From: Alphaproteobacteria bacterium
GTDB taxonomy: Bacteria > Pseudomonadota > Alphaproteobacteria > UBA8317
Length of the DNA: 18,423 bases
NCBI GenBank assembly: GCA_038131935.1
Contig: JAYPQH010000020.1
Span: forward strand, 1 to 18,423
Direction: 5' to 3'
A model generated the notes under the pieces. That model saw only the letters and a program-made list of their open reading frames with translations, searched no databases and was not told the origin of the DNA. Shown one piece after another: positions 8,445 through 17,798 of the stretch (the first letter of the stretch is position 1; each line of letters starts with the position of its first letter). The translations under genes were made by a program, and so were the position numbers.

Positions 8445-9863
8445 TTACTGGTCTTGTGTAGGCATGTAATCACGAACATCCGTCAAATGCCCGGCGACAG
8501 CAGCAGCAGCAGCCATGGCAGGCGATACCAAATGCGTACGACCGCCACGTCCCTGTCTACCTTCAAAATTTCTGTTAGATGTTGACGCACAACGCTCACC
8601 TGGTTCCAAACGATCTGCGTTCATCGCCAAGCACATCGAGCAACCTGGTTCGCGCCATTGCGCACCAGCTTGCACAAAAACCTCATCCAAGGCCTCTTCT
8701 TCTGCTTGCTGTTTGACCAATCCCGAACCTGGCACCACCAACATCTCAACATGATCCGCGACTTTACGGCCACGCAAAACTTCTGCAGCAGCCCGTAAGT
8801 CTTCAATTCTACCATTGGTACATGAACCTACAAATACTTTATCAATACGTATCTCTGAGATTGGCATTCCTTCAGCCAAATCCATATAATTCAAGGCACG
8901 ATCTATAGCTTGGCGCTGCCCATCTGTTGCCGCATCATCCCTCTTTGGAATGGTTGCGTTCACAGGAAGAGCCTGCTCAGGTGATGTACCCCCTGTAACA
9001 GTTGGCTGAACATCGGCCGCATTAATCTCAATCACTTTATCGAACACGGCATCTGTGTCCGTGTGCAGCTTCGCCCAAGTTTCACAGGCTACCTCCCATT
9101 GTGCTCCTTTCGGCGCATAGGGCCTACCTTTCACATATGCCAATGTTGTTTCATCAGGCGCAATAAGTCCTGCGCGTGCGCCCGCCTCAATCGACATATT
9201 GCACACCGTCATGCGGCCCTCCATGGACAACGCAGAGATTGCTGATCCAGCATATTCAATAACATGGCCTGTGGCCCCTGCTGTCCCAATCTTGGCAATA
9301 ATGGCAAGAACCAAATCTTTCGCCGTTACGCCAAATCCTAGTTCACCAGAAACCTTCACCAGCATGTTTTTTGATTTCTTCTGCTGAAGGGTTTGTGTGG
9401 CAAGAACATGTTCAACTTCAGACGTTCCAATACCATGAGCCAAGGCACCAAATGCCCCGTGTGTTGACGTATGGGAATCGCCACAAACGATTGTCATACC
9501 TGGCAATGTCATCCCTTGCTCAGGGCCAATAATGTGAACAATTCCCTGACGGATATCATCCACTGGAAAATATGGCACCCCAAACTCGACAACATTCTGT
9601 TCCAAGGTTTCCACTTGGATACGGCTCTCCTCATCGGCAATGCCTGCACTTCGGTCTGTTGTGGGAACATTATGATCAGCCACAGCAATTGTTGCGTCTG
9701 GTCGACGAACTTTTCTACCAGCGGCCCGCAACCCTTCGAAGGCTTGAGGGGACGTAACTTCATGCACCAAATGACGGTCAATGTACAAAATTGTTGTGCC
9801 ATCATCTTGAACATTAACCACATGCTGATCCCAAATTTTGTCGTATAACGTACGGCCCGCCAT
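8445..9863 (-). CDS. leuC: 3-isopropylmalate dehydratase large subunit
   Basis: Start [11 protein letters not shown] (ATG 9863 after GAAGGGGAG), [22 protein letters not shown], Fe-S Cys in [10 protein letters not shown] and [22 protein letters not shown]. Confidence 0.98.
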   Translation of the reverse strand: MAGRTLYDKIWDQHVVNVQDDGTTILYIDRHLVHEVTSPQAFEGLRAAGRKVRRPDATIAVADHNVPTTDRSAGIADEESRIQVETLEQNVVEFGVPYFPVDDIRQGIVHIIGPEQGMTLPGMTIVCGDSHTSTHGAFGALAHGIGTSEVEHVLATQTLQQKKSKNMLVKVSGELGFGVTAKDLVLAIIAKIGTAGATGHVIEYAGSAISALSMEGRMTVCNMSIEAGARAGLIAPDETTLAYVKGRPYAPKGAQWEVACETWAKLHTDTDAVFDKVIEINAADVQPTVTGGTSPEQALPVNATIPKRDDAATDGQRQAIDRALNYMDLAEGMPISEIRIDKVFVGSCTNGRIEDLRAAAEVLRGRKVADHVEMLVVPGSGLVKQQAEEEALDEVFVQAGAQWREPGCSMCLAMNADRLEPGERCASTSNRNFEGRQGRGGRTHLVSPAMAAAAAVAGHLTDVRDYMPTQDQ

Positions 9864-9934
9864 GACTCTCTCCCCTTCTAGCCCAAGCACTCTATTTACT
9901 GATGTCAGGCATTACAGCCTGATCTACCAAAATT

Positions 9935-10300
9935 TTATGACTTCTTGTGATCCACACGTTCTGCGATCCGTGCGGCTTTTCCGCGTAGGTTGCGCAGATA
10001 ATAAAGCTTTGCACGACGAACACGGCCACGACGCACAACTTCGATATTCTCTACCAAGGGGGAATATACTGGGAAAACCCGCTCAACACCCTCACCATAA
10101 GATATTTTTCTAACGGTAAAACTCTCATTATAACCGCGACCAGACCTTGCAATACAAACCCCTTCAAAGGCCTGAAGACGGCTTCGTGCACCTTCTGTCA
10201 CGCGAACAGCAACCCGCAATGTATCTCCAGGACGGAATTCTGGGACTTCTTTAGCCATCTGGCTACGCTGTTCTTCCTCAATTTGATCGATAATGTTCAT
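9935..10300 (-). CDS. rplS: 50S ribosomal protein L19
   Basis: [47 protein letters not shown]. Confidence 0.98.
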   Translation of the reverse strand: MNIIDQIEEEQRSQMAKEVPEFRPGDTLRVAVRVTEGARSRLQAFEGVCIARSGRGYNESFTVRKISYGEGVERVFPVYSPLVENIEVVRRGRVRRAKLYYLRNLRGKAARIAERVDHKKS

Positions 10301-11034
10301 ACGTCATCTCCTTCTTGTCCAGCCAACTGCTGGTCTACATAAAACTTCCATAAATCTGGACGCCGCGTTTTGGTCAAGCGCTCAGCTTCATTTTTTCTCC
10401 AAGTCGCTATACGACCATGATGTCCAGACGTCAAAACAGGAGGAACTTGCATTCCTTCCCAAACAGCGGGTCTTGTGTAATGTGGATGCTCTAGCAAACC
10501 ATTCACAAAGCTCTCCTCATGCAATGACGCCATTTCCCCTAAAACTCCAGGCAATAACCTCAACGTCGCCTCCAACATCGCCTGTGCGGCAACTTCACCG
10601 CCGAACAGAACATAATCGCCTAGAGACACCTCTTGGATATTTCTGGTATCAAGAACCCTTTCATCAACTCCTTCAAACCGACCACATAACAGTTCCACAC
10701 CACCCGCTTCTGCCCATTCCTTAGCCATGGATTGCGTGAACAACTTACCCCTTGGACTCGCATACACCCTTGGCCAATTTCCTGACATTTCAACGGACCT
10801 AGGTGCGTCCAAGGCTGCAGCCACAACGTCCGCACGAAGTACCATGCCTGGACCACCCCCGAAAGGTGTATCGTCAACTTGCCGATGTTTGCCTTGGCCA
10901 AAAGCCCTTATATCAACCACATCGCAAGTCCAAAGTCCTTGAGCAAGGGCACGACCAGGAACCGAAGCACCCAACACCCCAGGAAAGAGCTCCGGGAGTA
11001 CTGTGAATATGCGCGCGTGAAATGGTGTCCTCAT
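10297..11034 (-). CDS. trmD: tRNA (guanine-N1)-methyltransferase TrmD
   Basis: [48 protein letters not shown]; ATGA overlaps with rimM and rplS. Confidence 0.98.
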   Translation of the reverse strand: MRTPFHARIFTVLPELFPGVLGASVPGRALAQGLWTCDVVDIRAFGQGKHRQVDDTPFGGGPGMVLRADVVAAALDAPRSVEMSGNWPRVYASPRGKLFTQSMAKEWAEAGGVELLCGRFEGVDERVLDTRNIQEVSLGDYVLFGGEVAAQAMLEATLRLLPGVLGEMASLHEESFVNGLLEHPHYTRPAVWEGMQVPPVLTSGHHGRIATWRKNEAERLTKTRRPDLWKFYVDQQLAGQEGDDV

Positions 11035-11552
11035 CTGTCGAGGCCTGTCATCTCACGAGAACCTATTTGGATATAACCATCTGTTACATCAACCACAGGC
11101 ACAGCATCTTGGGTAAAGGGGATTACCACCGTTTGCTTTTTTCCTTCTATGACAAGCTCAAGAAGATCCCCAGCACCAAAATTTAATACCCGAACAACCT
11201 GCCCAATCTTGGTGCCATCAATAGCCCGCACCTCCAAATCCTCAAGATCAACATGATAAAAGCTATCTTCTTCTTGCAACTGCGGCAAACGATCCCGCGG
11301 CACAAATAATAAGCCTTTGCCAATATTTTCGGCCTCTGTGCGAGATCCAATGCCCTTCAATTGAGCGACAAACCCTTCTTTCGCAGGCCGTAATTTTTCC
11401 ACAGATATGGAATTTTCTGTCTGCGAAACAAACATGAGAGGTGAGAGCGCCACAATTGCGTGAGGATCTTCTGTAAAGATCTTCATCAACACCTCACCAT
11501 GGACACCATGTGGCCGCTGTAAAGATGCAACACAAACCAGCTCCTGATCCAT
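11031..11552 (-). CDS. rimM: 16S rRNA processing protein RimM
   Basis: PHGVHGEV, FYHVDLEDL, NFGAGDLLE, IPFTQDAVPVVD; canonical position between rpsP and trmD. Confidence 0.96.
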   Translation of the reverse strand: MDQELVCVASLQRPHGVHGEVLMKIFTEDPHAIVALSPLMFVSQTENSISVEKLRPAKEGFVAQLKGIGSRTEAENIGKGLLFVPRDRLPQLQEEDSFYHVDLEDLEVRAIDGTKIGQVVRVLNFGAGDLLELVIEGKKQTVVIPFTQDAVPVVDVTDGYIQIGSREMTGLDR

Positions 11553-11591
11553 ATGATTACCTTTGTGGCTTATCGAACCTCTCGGCCGGGC

Positions 11592-12008
11592 TTATGCTTC
11601 CGCTGTTGCTTCTTGCTCAGATGATGCATCGGCTTCAGCAGCTGCGGCTTCTTCAGCTGCTAACCTAGCTTCTTCTTCCTTCTGCCGTTGAATCTCGATA
11701 CGTTCTTTCGCCTTTGCGCCAGGTTCCGCCTTTTTGGGGTTATTACGCGCCTTACGCTTCATTAATCCTGCGGCATCTAAAAATCTTGCCACACGATCGG
11801 TTGGCAAAGCACCCTGTGCCAGCCAATGCTCAGCACGCTCCGCATTTAAGACCACCCTTTGCTCGGAATCACGCGCCAACATAGGATTGTAAGTCCCAAT
11901 CTTTTCAATAAAGCGACCATCTCTTGGTGCTGTAATATTGGCCACAACAATTGAATAAAATGGACGCTTCTTTGAGCCCCCACGGGCTAACCTTATTTTC
12001 ACACTCAT
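11592..12008 (-). CDS. rpsP: 30S ribosomal protein S16 (long form with acidic Ala/Glu tail)
   Basis: [42 protein letters not shown]; strong RBS GAAGGAG upstream. Confidence 0.98.
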   Translation of the reverse strand: MSVKIRLARGGSKKRPFYSIVVANITAPRDGRFIEKIGTYNPMLARDSEQRVVLNAERAEHWLAQGALPTDRVARFLDAAGLMKRKARNNPKKAEPGAKAKERIEIQRQKEEEARLAAEEAAAAEADASSEQEATAEA

Positions 12009-12081
12009 GAGTTCATATTCTCCTTCATCATGATATTTTCGTACTTCTTTTTTGACTGCTTATCGGGACAAGACAGCCTCG

Positions 12082-13575
12082 CTATTTTTTCTTACCCCGT
12101 AAAAATGACGGAATTGACCCAGGGGATTGGCTAGGCAATCCAGGAATTGAAGGAAATTGCCCACCTCCAACACCAGGGACTCCCTTACCACCAAGGCCTT
12201 TAAGAAGGCTTGGGTCCGGCATATTTCCACCGAGCATTCGCCCCAAACCCGCCAAACCACCTTTACCTTTACCCTTGCCCATCATCTTCATCATATCTGC
12301 CATTTGCCGGTGCATTTTTAACAATTTGTTGACATCCTGAACGTCCACACCTGCACCACGAGCAACCCTCTTTTTTCTTGACGCATTCAGCAATTTTGGA
12401 TTTGCCCGTTCTTTTTTGGTCATAGATGAAATCACGGCCTCTTGGCGTTTCAAGACCGTGTCATCCATACCACTGGCCTCAAGCTGTTTTTTTGCCTTAC
12501 CTACACCTGGCAGCATACCAAGAACGCCGGACATACCTCCCATCTGCCTCATCTGCCGCATTTGTTGCGCCATATCATTAAGGTCAAAAATACCTTTTTG
12601 AAGCCGAGCAACCATTTTTTCTGTATCTTCGGCTTCTATGCTGGCAGCAGCCTTCTCCACGAGTGAAACAACATCACCCATACCCAGAATACGGTTTGCA
12701 ACACGTTCAGCAGAAAAATTTTCCAGGGCATCAAAGCGCTCACCAACACCCAAATAACGTATGGGCGCACCTGTAACCTGTTTCATTGATAGCGCGGCAC
12801 CACCGCGACCATCACCATCTACCCTGGTCAATATCAAACCATTGACACCGACATCACTATGGAACCGCTCAGCGATGCCCACGGCATCTTGTCCTGTCAA
12901 AGCGTCTGCCACGAGAATGGTGTGATAAGGGTTCACCACGTCGCGAACTTGCCTAATTTCGGCCATCAACGCTTCATCTACGGCCATCCGCCCCGCTGAA
13001 TCGAGCAGCACCGCATCATAACCTTGAACCCGAGCAGAAGCCACCGCGCGTTTTGCAATTTCAATTGGATTTTGGCCTTGCACCACTGGCAATGTTGCAA
13101 CCTCAGTCTGCTCTCCCAAACGGGCCAATTGATCCATGGCTGCAGGACGAGAGGTATCAAGGGAAGCCATCATGATTTTCTTATTAAATTTGGTTCTAAG
13201 CCGATATGCTAGCTTTGCTGTTGATGTCGTTTTGCCAGAACCCTGCAACCCAACCATCAGGATAACGGTTGGCACCGCCTGTGACAAAACAATTTCATTG
13301 TCTGCATCTTTCCCACCAAGCAACGTGATCAGTTCATCATGAACAATTTTGACCACCATTTGGCCGGGAGAAACAGATCGCAAAACTTTTTGCCCGACAG
13401 CCTTTTCTTGAAGTTGGTCGGTGAATTCCTTAGCCACAGGAAGAGCCACGTCTGCTTCTAACAACGCCATGCGAATTTCCCGCATGGATGCACGCACATC
13501 GCTTTCAGAGAGTATAGCTCGTCCTTTGAGCTTCTCTAAAACATCGCCAAGTCTTTGACTCAGTGCATCAAACAT
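12082..13575 (-). CDS. ffh: Signal recognition particle protein Ffh
   Basis: Start MFDALSQRL (ATG 13575, RBS GAAAGGA), ALLEADV, GLQGSGKTT, DSAGR, TRVDGDGRGGAALS, RILGMGD, Met-rich M domain. Confidence 0.98.
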   Translation of the reverse strand: MFDALSQRLGDVLEKLKGRAILSESDVRASMREIRMALLEADVALPVAKEFTDQLQEKAVGQKVLRSVSPGQMVVKIVHDELITLLGGKDADNEIVLSQAVPTVILMVGLQGSGKTTSTAKLAYRLRTKFNKKIMMASLDTSRPAAMDQLARLGEQTEVATLPVVQGQNPIEIAKRAVASARVQGYDAVLLDSAGRMAVDEALMAEIRQVRDVVNPYHTILVADALTGQDAVGIAERFHSDVGVNGLILTRVDGDGRGGAALSMKQVTGAPIRYLGVGERFDALENFSAERVANRILGMGDVVSLVEKAAASIEAEDTEKMVARLQKGIFDLNDMAQQMRQMRQMGGMSGVLGMLPGVGKAKKQLEASGMDDTVLKRQEAVISSMTKKERANPKLLNASRKKRVARGAGVDVQDVNKLLKMHRQMADMMKMMGKGKGKGGLAGLGRMLGGNMPDPSLLKGLGGKGVPGVGGGQFPSIPGLPSQSPGSIPSFLRGKKK

Positions 13576-13579
13576 CAAT

Positions 13580-13658
13580 GACAGTCCTTTCGTACTGGCC
13601 TTTCGTGCTGGCCTCTCTTGTTGGCCTTTCTTACTGGCCCTTCTTTGTTCGCCATTTT
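13580..13658. repeat. Imperfect 13-bp tandem repeat, consensus TRYTGGCCTTTCK (four good copies plus degenerate flanking copies)
   Basis: 13593 TACTGGCCTTTCG, 13606 TGCTGGCCTCTCT, 13619 TGTTGGCCTTTCT, 13632 TACTGGCCCTTCT; degenerate copies at 13580 GACAGTCCTTTCG and 13646 TGTTCGCCATTTT. Confidence 0.8.
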
Positions 13659-13828
13659 TACCTGGCGGGTATTCCACCTTGCACCCTATGTCGGCTCATC
13701 TACCTTTTGGCCCAAGTTTTCTTTTTGGCCCATTTGATTGAGCCCATATTGTTTTGAATTGATGCATGATACATGCGACCCATACCCGACCCAAAACAAC
13801 TTCAACACATTGCTTTTTGAATAAACGC

Positions 13829-13886
13829 AAAAAACACCGGTGCGCGAAACTCGCGGACCGGTGGATAACATCTTGACGTTTGTCCA
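13829..13886 (-). ncRNA. ffh leader cis-regulatory RNA (alphaproteobacterial ffh motif); hairpin followed by U-tract
   Basis: Minus strand reads CACCGGU-C-CGCG-AGUUU-CGCG-C-ACCGGUG (13863-13835) then UUUUUU (13834-13829), upstream of ffh. It resembles the conserved ffh leader of Alphaproteobacteria as I recall it. The 5' boundary is approximate. Confidence 0.7.
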
Positions 13887-13923
13887 ACACTGCGCGTACT
13901 GCGTCTTACCGGACAAGGTCAAG
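13872..13923. promoter_or_regulatory. Putative symmetric bidirectional sigma70-type promoter for ffh (minus) and dapF (plus)
   Basis: CTTGACG at 13872-13878 (+) and CTTGACC at 13923-13917 (-) face each other. Each -35 hexamer is 18 nt from a TA-starting -10 (TACTGC on +, TACGCG on -) sharing the central GTAC at 13896-13899. Confidence 0.5.
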
Positions 13924-14061
13924 GCTTTTTCATGGTCAAGAGCCAAAAAAAGATTGTTGTAATTGGCATCTTCCCCGCAAAATAACGAGGAACTAAAGAT
14001 TGCTGGTCAATATTACAGGGAATCCACCACTTAGGAAAAAGGTGCAAAACAGGACAAAAAC

Positions 14062-14901
14062 ATGAAAGAACATACACTAAACATGCCAGGGTTGTTTTTC
14101 GAAAAGATGCATGGGCTTGGTAATGATTTTGTTCTGATTGATGCGCGCCAGCAGCCTATGCCTTCAAGAGATACCATTGTCGCCATGGCTGATCGCCATA
14201 CGGGCATAGGCTTTGATCAACTGGTTGTCCTCACAGGCTCAAACCCAGTTTTTATGGATATTTACAATCAAGATGGCTCCAAAGCAGAGGCTTGTGGAAA
14301 CGTGACCCGTTGCGCTGCTGATTTGCTCGCACGAGATGGAGAACCATTTCCCATGAACATTCAAACAACTGGTGGGCTTTTAACAATTGATGCTATCGGG
14401 CCACACTACAGGGTTAATATGGGCAAACCTAAGCGCGCATTTGACGAGATACCCTTCCTAGGTTCGGGAACAGGTAAAATAGGCGAAGGGGTCATTACAT
14501 CATTTCATGATGTTCCCTCACTACACGCCTACCTTGTCAACATGGGCAACCCACATATGGTGCTGTTTGGTGATGCTTCATCACTTCATCATGCCGAAAG
14601 CTGGGGCCCTCATCTCTCCATTCATCCCTCCTTCCCCGAGGGTGTTAACGTTGGGTTTGCGCATATATGCAGTCAAAATCAATTGCGACTTCGTGTTCAT
14701 GAACGGGGTGCTGGCGTCACATTGGCGTGTGGCTCTGGAGCTTGTGCCGCTGTTGTCGCAGCTATTGACTCAGGATTGGTCACACCAGGCCTTATCACTG
14801 TCGAAACCGACGGTGGATGCCTGCAGATCGAATATCAAGGTCATGAAGTTATGATGACAGGGCCTGCATCAAGGGTATTTTCGGGAATATGGCATGGCTG
14901 A
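14062..14901 (+). CDS. dapF: Diaminopimelate epimerase
   Basis: FEKMHGLGNDF, GIGFDQL, catalytic EACGN and LACGSG, NMGNPH, VHERGAG; AGGA RBS at 14051. Confidence 0.98.
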   Translation: MKEHTLNMPGLFFEKMHGLGNDFVLIDARQQPMPSRDTIVAMADRHTGIGFDQLVVLTGSNPVFMDIYNQDGSKAEACGNVTRCAADLLARDGEPFPMNIQTTGGLLTIDAIGPHYRVNMGKPKRAFDEIPFLGSGTGKIGEGVITSFHDVPSLHAYLVNMGNPHMVLFGDASSLHHAESWGPHLSIHPSFPEGVNVGFAHICSQNQLRLRVHERGAGVTLACGSGACAAVVAAIDSGLVTPGLITVETDGGCLQIEYQGHEVMMTGPASRVFSGIWHG

Positions 14902-16111
14902 TGTAATAAATTTTGGATGTCGCCTTAATATTTTCGAAGGCGAAAGTATGGCAGCTTTATGCTCTGATACAGACATGGTGATCATTAATTCCTGCTCCGT
15001 TACGACAGAGGCCTCTCGTCAGGTTCGTCAAACCATCCGCAGAATACGCCGTGATCAACCTCATGCACGGATTGTGGTTACAGGATGCGGGGCGGATACC
15101 GAGACGCAAACATATCTGGGTATGGAAGAAGTTAATACTGTTCTGCTGAATGGTAGCAAAATGCAGCCCTTGCTAGGACTGCGTGATGGACTCGTCGGAA
15201 TTGCTGCATCTGAGGGCCACAGTGCACGACCTCCCATTACCCAAAAACAACGACAAGTGCGTGCGCATTTAGAAGTACAGAATGGATGTAATCATAGCTG
15301 CACATTTTGCATCATTCCCATGGGCAGAGGTCCAGCACGCTCCATCAAGCCCCAAACAGTTGTTGAAGACGTCAAGGCATTGGTTGGAGCTGGGCACCTC
15401 GAAGTGGTACTTACTGGGGTGGATTTAACAAGTTACGGCGAAGATTTAGAACAAACACAAACACTTGGATTTCTTGTAAAAACAATACTCGAACAAGTCC
15501 CAGATCTCCCACGTTTGCGGCTTTCTTCGCTAGACGCGATCGAAATGGATGATCAATTGTTTGAACTTATAGCCCACCATGAGAGACTTATGCCACATTT
15601 GCATCTCTCGCTACAATCAGGGGACAACATGGTGCTCAAGCGCATGAAACGTCGCCATCAGCGAGAAGATGCCATTGCTTTATGCCAAGCCCTAAAGTCT
15701 CAGCGACCACAACTTGCATTAGGAGCAGATATGATTGCTGGTTTTCCGACGGAAACCGACACAATGTTTGCGTCTAGCCTCGCAATGATCGATGAATGCA
15801 AACTGGATTATTTGCATGTTTTTCCTTTTTCTCCGCGACCTGGTACCCCTGCCGCACGCATGCCACAAGTTGACAAAAATGTTATCAAACAACGTGCACA
15901 TCTGCTTCGCAAGCGCGGGCAAGAACGGCAAAAAGCATTTCATGATCGGCTGGTAGGCGGTGCAGGATTGGGGTTGGTCGAGCAAGAGGGACAAGCACGA
16001 TTAGAAAATTTTGCCTTGGTCAAATTTCGTGGCGATGCCCAACGCGGTAGCCTTGTTCCCTTACAGATCATGGATGCGCATACAGACTTTGTACAAGGAG
16101 AATTGTTGTGA
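14894..16111 (+). CDS. mtaB: tRNA t6A37 methylthiotransferase MtaB (MiaB/RimO family radical SAM)
   Basis: N-terminal Cys triad (FGCRLN, NSCSVT, TGCG), radical SAM motif GCNHSCTFCIIP, VLTGVDL, HLSLQSG, IAGFPTET; dapF-mtaB-ftsY synteny typical of Alphaproteobacteria. Confidence 0.93.
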   Translation: MADVINFGCRLNIFEGESMAALCSDTDMVIINSCSVTTEASRQVRQTIRRIRRDQPHARIVVTGCGADTETQTYLGMEEVNTVLLNGSKMQPLLGLRDGLVGIAASEGHSARPPITQKQRQVRAHLEVQNGCNHSCTFCIIPMGRGPARSIKPQTVVEDVKALVGAGHLEVVLTGVDLTSYGEDLEQTQTLGFLVKTILEQVPDLPRLRLSSLDAIEMDDQLFELIAHHERLMPHLHLSLQSGDNMVLKRMKRRHQREDAIALCQALKSQRPQLALGADMIAGFPTETDTMFASSLAMIDECKLDYLHVFPFSPRPGTPAARMPQVDKNVIKQRAHLLRKRGQERQKAFHDRLVGGAGLGLVEQEGQARLENFALVKFRGDAQRGSLVPLQIMDAHTDFVQGELL

Positions 16112-17208
16112 GATTATGGCCATTTGGACGCCGCAACCCAAAAGACGCCAAAAACTCTGCGCAAGAGAGCGAACAACTGGTTGAGGATTTGCAAGAACCG
16201 ACAAGCGCAGCTGATGATAAAAACCACGCCCAAGATGATGCGGCATCAGCGTCGCAACAGAACCCACAACAAAGTATGTGGAGCCGGCTGACGTCAGGTT
16301 TGGCAAAATCAACCGATCAACTCGGAAATAGGATGCGGGCAATTCTTCAAAATCGCCGGCTGGATGAATCCAGTCTAGAAGATTTGGAAGAACAATTAAT
16401 TATGGCAGATCTTGGCGTTGCGGCGGCCAGCGCGGTCATCGACAAGTTCCGGGCTAAGAAATTTCCACCAGATGCACGTGAAGAAGACATACTTGAAAGT
16501 CTCGCGGAAGCCATCGCTGAGATTTTGCAGCCTTGTGAGGTTCCCTTAGATATTCCTGACATAAGACCGGCCACGATCTTGATGGTGGGGGTCAATGGAA
16601 CAGGGAAAACCACGACCATTGGAAAACTAACATCTCAGCTTAAAGACGCAGGGTATCATACCGTACTTGGAGCGGCTGATACCTTTCGTGCCGCAGCGAT
16701 CGAACAACTCACCGTTTGGGGCACCCGCAATGATGTCCCCGTCGTTGCGCGCGCCCAAGGAGCTGATGCAGCGGCGGTGGCTTTTGACACCATGACATAT
16801 GCCTCTGACCATCAGATGGATGTCGCTATTATCGACACCGCGGGTCGGCTTCAAAATAAGACGGAGCTGATGGATGAATTAACCAAAATTCGTCGTGTTG
16901 TAGCCCGTGCACGCGACCATGCACCAGACCATACTTTATTGGTTTTGGATGCAACCACAGGTCAAAACGCACTGCTTCAAGTTGAGGCTTTTCAGCAAGC
17001 GGCCCAGGTATCTGGTTTGGTGATCACGAAATTAGATGGGTCTGCGCGTGGTGGTGTCGTGGTAGCGTTAGCTCAAAAATACCAATTGCCCATCCATGCC
17101 ATAGGCGTTGGTGAGGCAGTACACGACTTGCAACCTTTTGTTGCACGTGATTTCGCACGTGCGTTGGTTGGGTTATCCCGTCACAAAGACAACCAAGCAA
17201 GGATTTAA
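16108..17208 (+). CDS. ftsY: SRP receptor FtsY
   Basis: GTG start overlapping the mtaB stop; short acidic N-region, GVNGTGKTTT, DTFRAAA, DTAGRLQNK, TKLDGSARGG. Confidence 0.98.
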   Translation: MRLWPFGRRNPKDAKNSAQESEQLVEDLQEPTSAADDKNHAQDDAASASQQNPQQSMWSRLTSGLAKSTDQLGNRMRAILQNRRLDESSLEDLEEQLIMADLGVAAASAVIDKFRAKKFPPDAREEDILESLAEAIAEILQPCEVPLDIPDIRPATILMVGVNGTGKTTTIGKLTSQLKDAGYHTVLGAADTFRAAAIEQLTVWGTRNDVPVVARAQGADAAAVAFDTMTYASDHQMDVAIIDTAGRLQNKTELMDELTKIRRVVARARDHAPDHTLLVLDATTGQNALLQVEAFQQAAQVSGLVITKLDGSARGGVVVALAQKYQLPIHAIGVGEAVHDLQPFVARDFARALVGLSRHKDNQARI

Positions 17209-17209
17209 C

Positions 17210-17785
17210 ATGTCCAGCAAAACAATGCATATCATGCGTGAATATGGCCCACTATTGGGATTTTTGGCGACCTACTGGTTTGCGCCTGATACAGGCGTTG
17301 GACTTTACCGTCCCATCATGTTGGCAACAGCTGTTTTCACGGGATTAACCATCATCACGCTGGTTTGGACATTTGCCATCGGTGAAAAACCCAAAGCTTT
17401 GACCTTGCTCATCGCCGCACTTGTTATTCCCATGGGGGCATTGAGTTTACTACTTAATGACGACACCATTTTCAAAATGAAACCTACTGTCGTGAATTTG
17501 ATTTTGGCAATCCTTGTGGCTGCCAGCCAATGGCAAGGCAAGCCTCTCATTAAAGAAATGATGGGTTCAGCGTTTCGCCTCACCCAGCGAGGCTGGACAT
17601 TACTCAGCTGGCGCTGGTCAATATTCTTCCTCGCCTCAGCTCTTGCCAACGAATGGGCATGGCGGAGCCTCGATGATGATGGGTGGGTTACATTTAAATT
17701 CGCCGTCTTGGTTCCCGCCAGTTTCCTGTTTGCATTAACGCAAATAGGCCTCATCAAGAAACATCAAGCACCAGAACAGAGCTGA
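17210..17785 (+). CDS. ispZ: Inner membrane-spanning protein YciB / intracellular septation protein A
   Basis: ATG 17210; EYGPLLGF, AT motif in TM2, DDTIFKMKPT, GWTLLSWRW, NE, WVTFK; follows ftsY. Confidence 0.93.
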   Translation: MSSKTMHIMREYGPLLGFLATYWFAPDTGVGLYRPIMLATAVFTGLTIITLVWTFAIGEKPKALTLLIAALVIPMGALSLLLNDDTIFKMKPTVVNLILAILVAASQWQGKPLIKEMMGSAFRLTQRGWTLLSWRWSIFFLASALANEWAWRSLDDDGWVTFKFAVLVPASFLFALTQIGLIKKHQAPEQS

Positions 17786-17798
17786 TAACAAAACATAT

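Noticed and set aside
8495-8515. GCA trinucleotide run as a microsatellite
   Set aside because: It encodes the conserved AMAAAAA segment at the LeuC C-terminus.
9905-9922. Rho-independent terminator after rplS
   Set aside because: The stem is only 6 bp and has no U-tract on the transcribed strand.
13576-13677. 34-aa N-terminal extension of Ffh given in the ORF track
   Set aside because: It is the translation of the tandem repeat. The conserved Ffh start MFDALS at 13575 has its own SD, though minor upstream initiation cannot be excluded.
13580-13746. CRISPR array
   Set aside because: The units are 13 bp or shorter, directly tandem without unique spacers, and there are no cas genes.
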